From assembly GCF_004010195.1 (NCBI RefSeq), contig NC_057718.1, positions 62,666,311 through 62,730,310 of the forward strand: a stretch of DNA of 64,000 bases, written 5' to 3'. The notes beneath the pieces were generated by a model. That model was not told the origin of the DNA. It ran no database searches and worked only from the letters and a program-made list of their open reading frames with translations. Positions 49,398 through 61,204 of the stretch are shown one piece after another. The DNA is from Chiloscyllium plagiosum (lineage: Eukaryota). The translations under genes were made by a program, and so were the position numbers. Position 1 is the stretch's first letter. Each line of letters opens with the position of its first letter.

Positions 49398-52231
49398 AAA
49401 AATGAGTTGCTGGAAAAGCACAGCAGGTCAGGCAGCATCCAAGGAGCAGGAGAATCGACGTTTCCAACATGAGTGCTGCTTCAGGAATGAGGAGGGTGTG
49501 CCAAGCAGGCTAAGATAAAAGGTAGGGAGGAGGTACTTGGGGGAGTGCCGTTGGGAATGCAATAGGTGGAAGGAGTTTAAGGTGAGGGTGATAGGCCGGA
49601 GAGGGGGTAGGGGAGGAGAGGTCGGGAAGAAGATTGCAGATCAAGAAAGCGGTGCTGAACCTGAGGGTTGGGACTGAGATAAAGGTGGGGGGAGGGGAAA
49701 TGAGGAAGCTGGAGAAATCGCATTCATCCCTTGTGGTTGAAGGGTTCCTCGGCAGAAGATGAGGCGCACTTCCTCCAGGTGTCGTGTTGCCATGGTCTGG
49801 CGATGGAGGAGGCCAAGGACCTGCATGTCCTTGGCGGAGTGGGAGGGGGAGTTAAAGTGTTCATCCACAAGGCGGTTGGGTTGGTTGGTGCGGGTGTCCC
49901 AGAGGTGTTCACTGAAATGTTCCGCAAGTAGGCAACCTGTCTCCCCAATGTAGAGGAGGCCGCATCGAGTACAGCGGATGCAGTAAATGGTGTGTGTGGA
50001 GGTGCAGGTGAATTTGTGACGGATATGGAAGGATCCATTGGGGCCTTGGAGGGAAGTGAGGGGGAAGGTGTGGGCTCAAGTTTTGCATTTCTTGCAGTTG
50101 CAGGGGAAGGTGCCGGGAATGGAGGTTGGGTTGGTGGGGGGGGGTGTGTGGACCTGACGAGGGAGTCGCGGAGGGAGTGGTCTTTCCGGAACGCTGATAG
50201 GGGAGGGGAGGGAAATTTATCCTTGGTGGTGGGGTCTGTTTGGAGGTGGTGGAAATGACGAAGGATGATACAATATATCTGGAGGTTGGTGGGGTTGTAG
50301 GTGAGGATCAGTGGGGTTCTGTCCTGGTGGCGATTGGAGGGCCGGGATTCAAGGGCGGAGAAGCGGGATGTGGAGGAGATGCGGTGGAGAGCATTGTCAA
50401 CCACATCTGAGGGGAAATTGCGGTCTTCGAAGAAGGAGGCCATCTGGGTTGCTCGGTATTGGAATTGGTGCTCCTGGGAGCAGATGTGATGGAATTGGGA
50501 ATATGGGATGGCGTTTTTATAGGGGGCAGGGTGGGAGGAGGTGTAATCTAGGTAGCTGTGGGAGTTGGTCGGTTTATAGTGAATGTCCGTGTTGAGTTGG
50601 TCGCCTGAGATAGAAATGGAGAGGTCTAGGAAGGGGAGCGAGGAGTCTGAGACGGTCCAGGTAAATTTGAGGTCAGGGTGGAAGGTGTTAGTAAAGTGGA
50701 TGAACTGTTCAACCTTCTCGTGGGAGCACAAGGTAGAGCCGATACAGTCATCGATGTAGCGGAGGAAAAGGTGGTGGTGGGAGGAGGGGGGTGCCTGAGT
50801 AGCTGCGGAAGATGGACCGCTCCACATATCCGACGAAGAGGCGCCCATGGCTACTCCTTTGGTTTGGAGGAAGTGGGAGGATTGGAAAGAAAAGTTGTTC
50901 AGAGTGAGGACCAATTCAGTCAGTCGAAGGGGGGTGTCAGTGGAAGGGTACTGGTTGGGTTGGCGGGAAAGTAAGAAACGGAGGGCTTTGAGGCCTTCGT
51001 GATGGGGGATGCAGGGGTACAGGGACTGGATGTCCATGGTGAAGATAAGGCGTTGGGGGCTGGGGAAGCAAAATCATGGAGGAGGTGGAGGGCCAGGGTG
51101 GTGTCCCGAACGTAGATGGGGAGTTCTTGGACTAAGGGGGACAGGATCGTGTCGAGGTATGCAGAGATGAGTTCGGTAGGGGCAGGAGCAGGCTGAGGCA
51201 ATGGGTCGGCCGGGGCTGTAAGGTTTGTGGATTTTGGGCAGGAGGTAGAAATGGACAGTGCAGGGTTGTGGGATGATGAGGTTGGAGGCGGTGGATGGGA
51301 GATCCCCTGAGGTGATGAGGTTATGGATGGTCTGGGAAATGATGGTTTGGTGGTGGGAGATGGGGTCATGGTCAAGGATAGGAGGAGGAGGATGGCCTCC
51401 TTCTTCAAAGACTGCAATTTCCCCTCACATGTGGTTGACAATGCTCTCCACCGCATCTCCTCCACTTCCCGCTCCTCCACCCTTGAACGCCGCACCTCCA
51501 ATCGCCACCAGGACAGAAACTCCACTGGTCCTCACCTACCACCCCACCAACCTCCAGATACATCATATCATCCTTCGTTATTTCTGCCACCTCCAAACAG
51601 ACCCCATCACCAAGGATATATTTCCTTCCCCTCCCCTATCAGCGTTCCGGAAAGACCACTCCCTCGTCAGGTCCACACCCCCCACCAACCCAACCTCCAC
51701 TCCTGGCACCTTCCCCTGCAACTGCAAGAAATGCAAAACTTGCGTCCACACCTCCCCCCTCACCTCCCTCCAAGGCCCCAAGGGATCCTTCCATATCCGT
51801 CACAAATTCACCTGCACCTCCACATACATCATTTACTGCATCCGCTGCGGCCTCCACTACATTGGGGAGACAGGCCGCCTACTTGCGGAATGTTTCAGAG
51901 AACACCTCTGGGACACCCACACCAACCAANNNNNNNNNNNNNNNNNNNNNNNNNNNNNNNNNNNNNNNNNNNNNNNNNNNNNNNNNNNNNNNNNNNNNNN
52001 NNNNNNNNNNNNNNNNNNNNNNNNNNNNNNNNNNNNNNNNNNNNCTCCCCCAAGTCCCTCCTCCCTACCTTTTATCTTAGCCTGCTTGGCACACCCTCCT
52101 CATTCCTGAAGAAGGGTTTATGCCCGAAACGTCGATTCGCCTGCTCCTTGGATGCTGCCTGACCTGCTGTGCTTTTCCAGCAACACAGTTTTCAGCTCTG
52201 ATCTCCAGTATCTGCAGTCCTCACTTTCTCC
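49398..52231. mobile_element. Fold-back Neptune-type Penelope element: RT plus GIY-YIG on minus (49398-~51380), inverted 3' copy on plus (~51390-52231)
   Basis: MDIQSLY..NNFSF..QTKGVAMG..LRYIDD RT; GTFPCNCKKCKTC linker; IYCI..YIGET GIY-YIG; frameshifted; 14-bp TSD at 49384-49397 and 52236-52249. Confidence 0.92.
51930..52044. other. Assembly gap (N run)
   Basis: 115 N inside the plus-strand PLE arm. Confidence 1.
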
Positions 52232-52524
52232 TTTCCACTATTTAGCATGGCCAATTCATCTAACTGCACATCACTGGATTGAGACACGAAACCAGAACAC
52301 CCAGGGAAATCTCACGCAGACAAGGCGAAAATGTGCAAACTCCACTCAGATAGTCGCCCAAGGCTGGACTGTTGCTGTGAGGCAGCAGTGCGAACCATGC
52401 CGTTCTAAATTATGGCCAATTTAATACAATCACAGATAAAGCAGACACATTGCTACCAACATACCTAGTGAAACACTATTGCTGCATTTTCCAATAAAAT
52501 AGCTCCCTTACATTGTTAATTTTA

Positions 52525-53715
52525 GAACACAGAACATTACAGCACAGTACAGGCCCTTCGGCCCTCGATGTTACGTCGACCTGTGGAACCAATCTGAAGC
52601 CCATCTAACCTACACTATTCCATTCTCGTCTATATGCTAATCCAATAACCATTTAATTGCCCTTAAAGTTGGCGAGTCTACCACTGTTGCAGGCAGTGTG
52701 TTCCATGCCCCTACTACTGAGTAAAGAAACTACCTCTTGACATTTGTCCTATATCTATCACCCCTCAATTTAAAACTACGTCCCCTTGTGCTAGCCAGCC
52801 CCATCTGAGGAAAAAGGCTCTTAATGTCCAACCTATGTAACCCTCTGATTATTCTGTATGTCTTAATTAAGTCACCTCTCAACCTTCTTCTAACGAAAAC
52901 AGCCTCAAGTCCCTCAGCCTTTCCTCATAAGACCTTCCCTCCATACCAGGCAACATCCTAGTAAATTTCCTCTGAACCCTTTCCAAAGCTTCCACATCCT
53001 TCCTATAATGCGAGGACCAGAATTGTACATAATATCCCAAGTGTGGCTGCACCAGAGTTTTGTACAGCTGCAGCATAACCTCATGGTTCCGAAATTCAAT
53101 CCCTCTACCAATAAAAGCTAACACATTGTATGCCTTCTTAACAACCCTATCAACCTGGGTGGCAACTTTCAAGGATCTATGTACCTGGACATGAAATCTC
53201 CCCGGTCATCTACACCACCAAGAATCTGACTATTAGCCCAGTACTCTGCATTCCTGTTATTCCTTCCAAAGTTAATCACCCCACATTTTTCTGCATTAAA
53301 CTCTATTTGCCACCTCTCAGCCCAGCTCTGATGCTTATCTATGTCCCTCTGTAACCTACAACATCCTTTGTCAATATCCACAACTCTACCAACCTTATTG
53401 TCATCCGCAAACTTACTAACCCATCTACGCCCTCATCCAGGTCATTTATAAAAATGACGAAGAACAGTGGCCCCAAAACAGATCCTTGAGGTACACCATT
53501 AGTAACTGAATTCCAGGATGAATATTTCCTATCAACTACCACCCTCTGTCTTCTTTCAGCTAGCCAATTTCTTATCCAAACCCTCAATCCCATCCCTCCG
53601 TATTTTGTGCAATAGCCTACCGTGGGGAACCTTATCAAATGCCTTACTGAAAATCCATAAGCACCACATCAACCGCTTTACGCTCATCCACCTGTTTGGT
53701 CACCTTCTCAAAGAA
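52525..53715 (-). mobile_element. CR1 3' fragment (~1.2 kb)
   Basis: GVPQGSVLGPLFFVIFINDLD, WQIEFNAEKC, LERVQRKFTRMLPG. Confidence 0.92.
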
Positions 53716-56109
53716 GGTGTTTTGTTAGACAAGCACCCATCTAAATGCAATGAGAGCAAAACATTTGATGGAACCCAAAGTCTGTTTACAGGAGTGGCCA
53801 ATGAAACTAATCTCAAAAGGTTATTTAGCAAAAAATATTTAGCAAATCAATATTTATTGATTAGGATGCACTGAAAACATTTTAAAAATGAAGCTTTGTT
53901 TTCAATTGATTACTTAGGATACTTTTTTAATGTTCACAAAGCATGGATTGAAGGTCACTGATTGTTAGCTGCTTTGGCAAGCTCAGTATGATGTGTTGTT
54001 GTCTGGCATATCTCTAAACCTTAGGATTAGCTAGGGACATGCATAGCTCAAAAGAAATTTAGTTTATTTCATTATCTGTTGCATATGGGTGAAGATTCAT
54101 CAAATAAGCCAAAACATTCAATTTCATCTAACTGATTGTACATGTTTTCTCTGTTATTGGTTTATTGGATGCAAGTATCACTGGCAAGGCCAGCATTTAC
54201 AACTCATCAGTAATCCCCTCAAGATGGTGGTATGAATCATCTTGGCCTGCTGCAATCGATATAATAGAGGTGGACACACAGAGCTGTTAGAGAAGGAGTT
54301 CCAGGATTCTGACCCAGTGACAACGAAATAGTGGTGAGACTTTGAGGGGGCCTGCAGGTGGTGATCCCATGCATCTGCAATCCTTGAACTTGTAGTGGTA
54401 GAGGTCCTGGGCTTGGAAGATGCAGACTAGAGGAATTCTTGCTGGACATTAAAGATTTTACACACCATTGCCTATAAGCTGTCAGTGGATTGAATTAATA
54501 TTTAACATGGTGGATGAATGACCAATATTATACATTTTTTTGTGGGATGTGGACATTACTGGTAAAACCAACAATTTGTTGGATGCCCCTAATTATTCTT
54601 GAACCAAATGGCCTTTCATGTGATAAATAGCTCAATACAGGAAAGGTTGTGAGCGGGCACAATAAATGGTAGCAGCAGGAAAGACTGTATTTTATCTGCT
54701 TGGCATGGACGAGTTGGACCGAAGGATCTGTTCCGTGCTATACATCTGACTCTATTGCTAATCTGCAGATCAAGCTAAGTCACCTAACCAGACAATTCTA
54801 TTACAACATGGACATCTACTAGGCAATGAGAAAAATATTTAGGTATGTCCTGTTGACAAAAAGCACAATTTACCTACTCTACCTTCTATCACTCCTTCCA
54901 TCCAAGAATAGAAATTTTGTAACAAGTAATTTGACTTCCTGATTTCCCAAAGTGTACCCATCATCTTTCATTCATAGGTCTGGAGTCTGGTGAATATTCT
55001 CAAGTTTTATTTATGGGATGTAAGCTTCACTGGCTGAGCCAATACTTCTATCCATGCTTAGTTGTCCTTGAGAAGGTAGTGGAGAGCTGCCCTCTTGAAC
55101 TGCTGCAGTTCGTTTTGAGTCAGTATACCCACAATGCCTTTAGGGAGGGTGTTCCAGGACTTTAACCCAGTGACAGTGAAGGAACGGTGACCCAAGTTTG
55201 CTGTTGTTTTTTTCAGTGCTTTGTTTGATGCCAGCTGGCCCACCTGGTTTCATTTGCCTGGATGAGCATTGCCCAATAACATTCAAGCCGCTCAATTCCA
55301 GGACTAAGCAGTCAGCCTGACCAGTAATTCTTTTACCAATTTAAACATTCACCCTATACTGGCATACAGCAGCAGTAGAGCATATGAGGCAACTGCAGCA
55401 ACTTGCTATATCTCCTTCAGCAAACCTACAATGTCAATCATCCAGAAGAATAAGAGCAAATGATGGAAACACCTTCACCCATACACTCTCCTTTCAGCAA
55501 TACACCATACTCCTAACATACTGTGCTGATATCTGTGCAACATGGTTTGCAAGGTTTAGGAAGGCAGCTCACCACCAGATTCTCAAGGGCAATTAGGTAT
55601 TAGCTATAAATGCTGGTCTTGCTGGCAATCACATCCATTGAACAAATGAGCTGACAAAAAAAAGTACCTAGACTAGTTTTTCATTCCACACTTATTAATT
55701 GAATATAAATTCTTCCAGTTGCCATGGTGGGAGATTTGAACAAATGTTCTTTGAGCAAAAGGTCTAAGCCTCTGGATTATCATAAGGAAGATCACAACAT
55801 TATCATTTCCTTTGAACACAATTTAACAGAAATACATATTAGTTTGCTTACAAATATATTTCTGCCTGAAATTTTTGCAGTTAAACTAAAGCCACCAACT
55901 AATAGTTCTTCAGTAATTTTCCAACATACTAAAAATGAGCAACTGCATATTAATGTAATATTTAGCACAGATAAAACATCTTTACTATTTTGAGATTTCA
56001 AGAAAAAGTATACACTGTAGTTTGTAATATTTTTAAAAATATAAACTGAAGTTCAATCAAATATACACTGTCTACTCCATCTGAAACTAGCAAACAATGA
56101 ATAACTTAA

Positions 56110-56788
56110 AGTTTGTGCGAAGATTTGTAGCTTGGGTGCTCGTTGTTGTGGTTCTGTTCGCCGAGCTGGAAGTTTTTGTTGCAAACGTTTCATCCCCTGG
56201 CTAGGCGACATCATCAGTGCTTGGGAGCCTCACGCGAAGCACTTCTTTGATGTTTCCTCCGGTGTTTATAGTGGTTTGTCCCTGCCGCTTCCGGTTGTCA
56301 GTTTCAGCTGTCCGCTGTAGTGGTTGGTATATTGGGTCCAGGTCGATGTGTTTGTTGATGGAGTTTGTGGATGAATGCCATGCCTCTAGGAATTCCCTGG
56401 CTGTTCTCTGTCTGGCTTGCCCTATGATAGTAGTGTTGTCCCAGTCGAATTCATGTTGCCGCAGACAACAAGCAACATGAATTCGACTGGGACAACACTA
56501 CTATCATAGGGCAAGCCAGACAGAGAACAGCCAGGGAATTCCTAGAGGCATGGCATTCATCCACAAACTCCATCAACAAACACATCGACCTGGACCCAAT
56601 ATACCAACCACTACAGCGGACAGCTGAAACTGACAACCGGAAGCGGCAGGGACAGACCACTATAAACACCGGAGGAAACATCAAAGAAGCACTTCGCAGG
56701 AGGGTCCCAAGCACTGATGATGTCGCCTAGTCAGGGGACGAAACGTTTGCAACAAAAACTTCCAGCTCGGCGAACAGAACCACAACAA
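56110..56788. mobile_element. Near-perfect fold-back Penelope/Poseidon-type PLE
   Basis: Arms 56143-56459 and 56472-56788; encodes HEFDWDNTTIIGQARQRTAREFLEAWHS..IN (GIY-YIG C-terminus); flanking aacaatgaataacttaa duplication. Confidence 0.92.
56711..56750 (+). ncRNA. Minimal hammerhead motif (mirror copy at 56181-56220 on minus)
   Basis: GCA-CUGAUGA-U-GUC..GAC-GAAACGUU-UGC. Confidence 0.72.
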
Positions 56789-56858
56789 TGAATAACTTAA
56801 GCCAAATGTCTTTCAAAAAACCATAACATAAAGGAGTAAAAAGAACTAATTTATTTAC

Positions 56859-56937
56859 CTCTGTCATCAGAATTAGACCCCGATTGAAAACAACTAGCAG
56901 CCTGTCTTCATCAGTTTCTAGAAGAATTCTGAAGGCA
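56859..56937 (-). CDS. USP34: USP34 coding exon (first in window), (S)AFRILLETDEDRLLVVFNRGLILMTE
   Basis: 79 bp between cag acceptor and gtaaat donor; translation matches remembered vertebrate USP34 C-terminal region; ends phase 0. Confidence 0.95.
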
Positions 56938-57439
56938 CTGCAATAATGAAAGAAGGCACCATTGATGGAATGTTCTACCTAATTGTTGTGTAGTGCAATA
57001 AAGACAAAAGATGGAAATCACAACAGATGATTTACTGTTCGATCAGTTTTGTTATTATTTCTCGCAATATTCATCACCAATACATATAATCACCCACTTA
57101 ATCACCAGCTACTTCCTCAGTGTACTTCACCAGCTCATCACAGTCTTTGAATCAATTATTCAAAATAAAATGGTAAATACTTGAAAGGCATGAGTTTATC
57201 AAGCAAGATCAGTAGAGATTGGTAAATGGAAACTCCTGTTTAACTAATTTAAGTGTTTCCTCGAGATAGTAGATAATGGAAATGCAATTAATATGCTGTA
57301 CATGGAATTTTCAGAAGACTTATTAATTCATCAAGCAACTAGTTAGAAAAATAGCTAGTATGAAATAGAAGGAAATGTAGCAGTATGGATGAAAGGCTAA
57401 TTGTTAGGGAATAGTTATGATTTAGTTAAGAATAGCATG

Positions 57440-57700
57440 TGATTACTTAAACCTCAGGATTTAGTATTATATTAAAGAAAGGATCACAAAGTATGGAATG
57501 GTGTGGGTAAAGTGATAGGGTGTGATGAAAGACAATAATTCTTCAACAAAATAGTCAAACTATTAGAGTAAATTCATCGAGGTTAATTGGGATTAATTAT
57601 AAACTTGAAGAATCTACAATTAACAGGTACTTCACAAACTCATACTTTTGACAAATATGAGAAGAACATGGTAAATATGTTAGATAATGCCAAAGGTTAA
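57440..57700 (+). mobile_element. Short LTR-retrotransposon pol fragment, GalEa/Copia-like
   Basis: DLVYY*RKDHKVWNGVGKVIGCD..IILQQNSQTIRVNSSRL resembles the post-integrase 'V.YKR....W.GPGKV...DG..V..RV...RL' motif. Confidence 0.45.
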
Positions 57701-57869
57701 GCAACCTCTCCTGCCAATAATTTGTACACATACATAACCATCTCTTTTTGCTCCTGTACTCATTTAGAATTATACCTCCACTTTATATTGTCTTTTAGCG
57801 TTCTTCCTACTGAAATGCATCACCTAACACTCCTCTGCATTTGAAACTCACTTGGTACCTATTCACTCA

Positions 57870-59600
57870 CTCCTGCACATCTTGTGGAGGTGTTGGTGGG
57901 ATTTGCTCTGTGCTGGTCAGGGTTGGAGGTCTTCTTTTCAGCTTGCATTAATTTGTCCTCTTCATTTTCCCCAGCTCAAAATGATTTGTGGTGGCTACAT
58001 GAGGGCCAGGAAATCTATTCTACAGTATCCTCTGCCAGAATCAACAGGGAATCTTGTCGGTCAGTGGTGAATGGACACCCCTGCCAGAGGAGGTCAAGAC
58101 TTTTGCCTGGAGTACTACTCTTATCCTCTACATGAGAATCTACCTCAGACTTGAAGGTGGTGTCTGACCAGTGCACTGACAAGAGCTGGAAGTCAAAATC
58201 ACCATTCAACTAGTGTGCTGGACAGGATACTCTGAATGCTGACCATAAACCAACTGATGGCTGTCATGTTGTGGTATCAGTTGGCCACTCTGATATGTTC
58301 CAGAGTTTGTCACCAAGACACAGAAGATTCTCATTGACTTCTTCCAGAACAGAAGGTTGCTGTACATCTGAACCTCCCACTTATGGAGTCAGGTGCTGGT
58401 ATGCCTTTGCATTCAGGTGACAATTTTGCACCTGCAGCCCCCTCTATAGTATCATGTAGTGGCAATATATTTTTTCCAGGAGCAAGGCTTCAACTACGGC
58501 CGGCAGCTCCTGGTCACAGACCTTATAGATCTCAGTGACTTGCAGGAAGTGCTTGTCTTTTACCAGGACCTTACCCAAGGTTAGGAATAAGGTTTCTTCA
58601 ACTACAAACTCTATCCCATTAGGGACAGCAGATTGCATCGGGGAACCATCGTTCAGGAATGTGCACTTTCACCAAGTCAGATTCACATGTCTGGCAGGAT
58701 GACGACTCAGGCTGTTTAGGTGATCAGTGTGAGGGATCACGCTGAATGCAGAGTGGCAGGGTAGATGTTGCCAGAATTGCCATGATGTGCACTAGTAGAT
58801 TTCAGTTTGCAAACAAAGTCAGCCAGAAGGGTTGTGCTTGGCCATGATTACACTTTTGATCTCTCAGTGGCTCAAGCATGTGGTGAACTTCCACTTGAGG
58901 TGATCTTCATTTAGAGAGAATTACATATTGGTTCCAGGAAAGCCAGTCCCACAATTTGAGAAGAATCACAGAAATTCCCTTGGTGTCAATCTGCTTTGCA
59001 CAGACGAGTTTTCTGTATATGTTGCTGCTGCATATCCTCTACTTACTTGACCTTGTCGACCATCTGGACATGCTGTGCCATGTCTTTCTGCTATCTAGAA
59101 GTGGTGGGGGTCCTCTCCTTAGACTTTAAGGATTTGGCTTGGATAGTGTTGCATGCAGCAGTCCTATAAAGCAACTTCATGATCTCCCAGGTCATTTTCT
59201 TTTTGTGACCTTGAACAGTGCCAGTATACATGGACTGCATTTGACTGTAGTCCTCTTTTCATTATTTGAAGATCTGTTTCTTAATTTCTGGCTGAACTTC
59301 AGCCCCATGTTCCTTCGTTTTGGCCACCTGCTCAGAATAGGGTGATCTGGATTTGGCCATAGAGGCTATAACAGATCCTGGACATGGAGAGCATCGTTGG
59401 ACCCAAACGCCTTCCCCTCTCTCATGATTATACCCACATCCAGGTGATCTTGAAAAAGGAGTATGTAGTGGCCATTGGCACACTTCAAAATTTTTATGAA
59501 CGGTGATTATAGCAGGGGCTGGAGTTCTTCATCATCTCAAAAAATAACACTGATTTAATTCTGCAAATTTCCTTTGAAGTTTTGTATTTGCTAGTCTGCC
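57870..59600 (+). mobile_element. Heavily decayed Tx1-clade LINE ORF2 3' half
   Basis: SARIN, FAWSTT..Y..YL, LTINQLMAVMLWYQLATL, FVTKTQKILIDFF, LVCL..QV motifs in shifting frames. Confidence 0.65.
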
Positions 59601-60649
59601 TTAAAGGACTTTCAGCCAGCTAATTTTGGTATGTTTTTAACTAATGTGTTTTCAAAAGAGTAAGAAATGGGACTAGAGGGAAACTGGAGGTTGAGCAGGG
59701 ATTTTCTTCAGAAATCTGTAAGACGCATCTCCGAATAATTCTATCAAGGATAAGCTCGAAGTTTTGTTCCCCTTTTCACCATCTGGCTTGGATCCAATTT
59801 AATAGGGTCATCCCACATCGACCAATGAGGCAGTTACATACATGTTGCACCTTCTTCCGCCTGTGAGGAAGTAGGGCAGTACAGAAGAAAACAGGCCAAA
59901 CAACTTAGGAGGCCAAGCCTCATGGTGCTGCCCCTTCCCTTCACCCAATTCCCGTATCAAATTCCGTAGGTATGCAGTCAGCATCTGGGCCTGTGGATGT
60001 GGCTGCTGGCTTGGGGGGGGAATACCCACCTGACAGAGACACAGAGGAAAACCACACACTTGAAGACAAATGCCACGTCCCCATTCTCCAAACGCCAGAC
60101 AGCAAGAGGCATCTTACAATCTCAAGTTTTTGGGTCCTACGTCTACAAGAGATCTGATATGTGACCATGCTTTGTGTTATTTTGATAAATATTTCTTCAC
60201 TAAAGGAGGAAGCTGGAGCTAGCCTGACTTCCACATCCGGTTATTCACATTTCATAGTCCAGCAAAGAAGGGAACAATGACCACGCTTTTACAGATCACT
60301 CTTTCCTTGCCCCAATCCTATCAGGAAATTTTTTTTTTAACCATCAATCTGTTCAGGCACAGCTATGGCAGGTGGGCCTTGAACTCCGACCTTCTGGCCC
60401 AGAGATAGGGACAGGATCGGTATCACAAGATCCCTTTGAGAGACTTATTTATATTAAAAAGCAAGCCCATCAATAATTGATAAAGTACCCAAGAACAAAT
60501 TATAAACACTGCTCACTGGGGCAGTGCAACAATAACAAAATACAAACCAAAGAAGTAAAACAAGGGGAGAATTAATTCAAAAGCTTGATGGGGAAATAAA
60601 GCATGCAATTCCCCATGGCACATATGTATCTATAAAGGTTTAGAAAGTA

Positions 60650-60900
60650 CAGAAGAAAGTTGCATACTCTCCAAGGATACCAGGAAAAAAAATATTTTCC
60701 TCAAAACCCTGCACATTCTTTTCCTATTTAAACCTTCATGTACTACCCTTATGAATGCCTCAATTGAACCTGCCTCCACCCTAGGTGGTGCATACCAGAC
60801 CCTAACTACTGGCTGGGTGACCAAGAAGTTTTTCATCTTGTATTTGCTTCTTTTGCGTAGCACTTTATACTTGTGTCCTCTGGTTCTTGATCCTCTCATG
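60650..60900 (-). mobile_element. CR1 3' fragment
   Basis: MRGSRTRGHKYKV..TQPVVRVW. Confidence 0.7.
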
Positions 60901-61204
60901 AGTGAGATCTCGGTTTGTACTCGGCAGTAAAAGTTAGTGTAAGTATGAGGAAAAACAGTTGATCTTTCCTTTAGCAGTTGCTGTGAGCTGCAAATTCCAA
61001 GTAAAATAGTTATTTAAAACCTTTTACGTACTTTCTGTATTTGATATTGGATATTATTTGGATAAAAATAATGTGTTAGGATATGATGAAGAGACAAGAG
61101 TTTGGCATTAGGAAATGATGCTCATTTGGCAAGCTGGTGCAGACACAATGGGTCAAATGGCTTCTTCTGCGCTTTAGCACTTATGCGATTGTGAATTTCC
61201 AGTT

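Larger units (their letters stand above)
49244..52402 (-). mobile_element. V-SINE split by a PLE (tail 49244-49397; V-domain and head 52236-52402)
   Basis: The two halves join at the duplicated cactatttagcatg. Confidence 0.75.

Noticed and set aside
49724..51037. 437-aa RT ORF as an intact or domesticated gene
   Set aside because: It has deletions after GVAMG, shifts out of frame before the endonuclease and is frameshifted upstream: a dead PLE copy.
56132..56714. Mirror-image 87-aa ORFs
   Set aside because: Antisense frames of the two PLE arms; explained by the palindrome.
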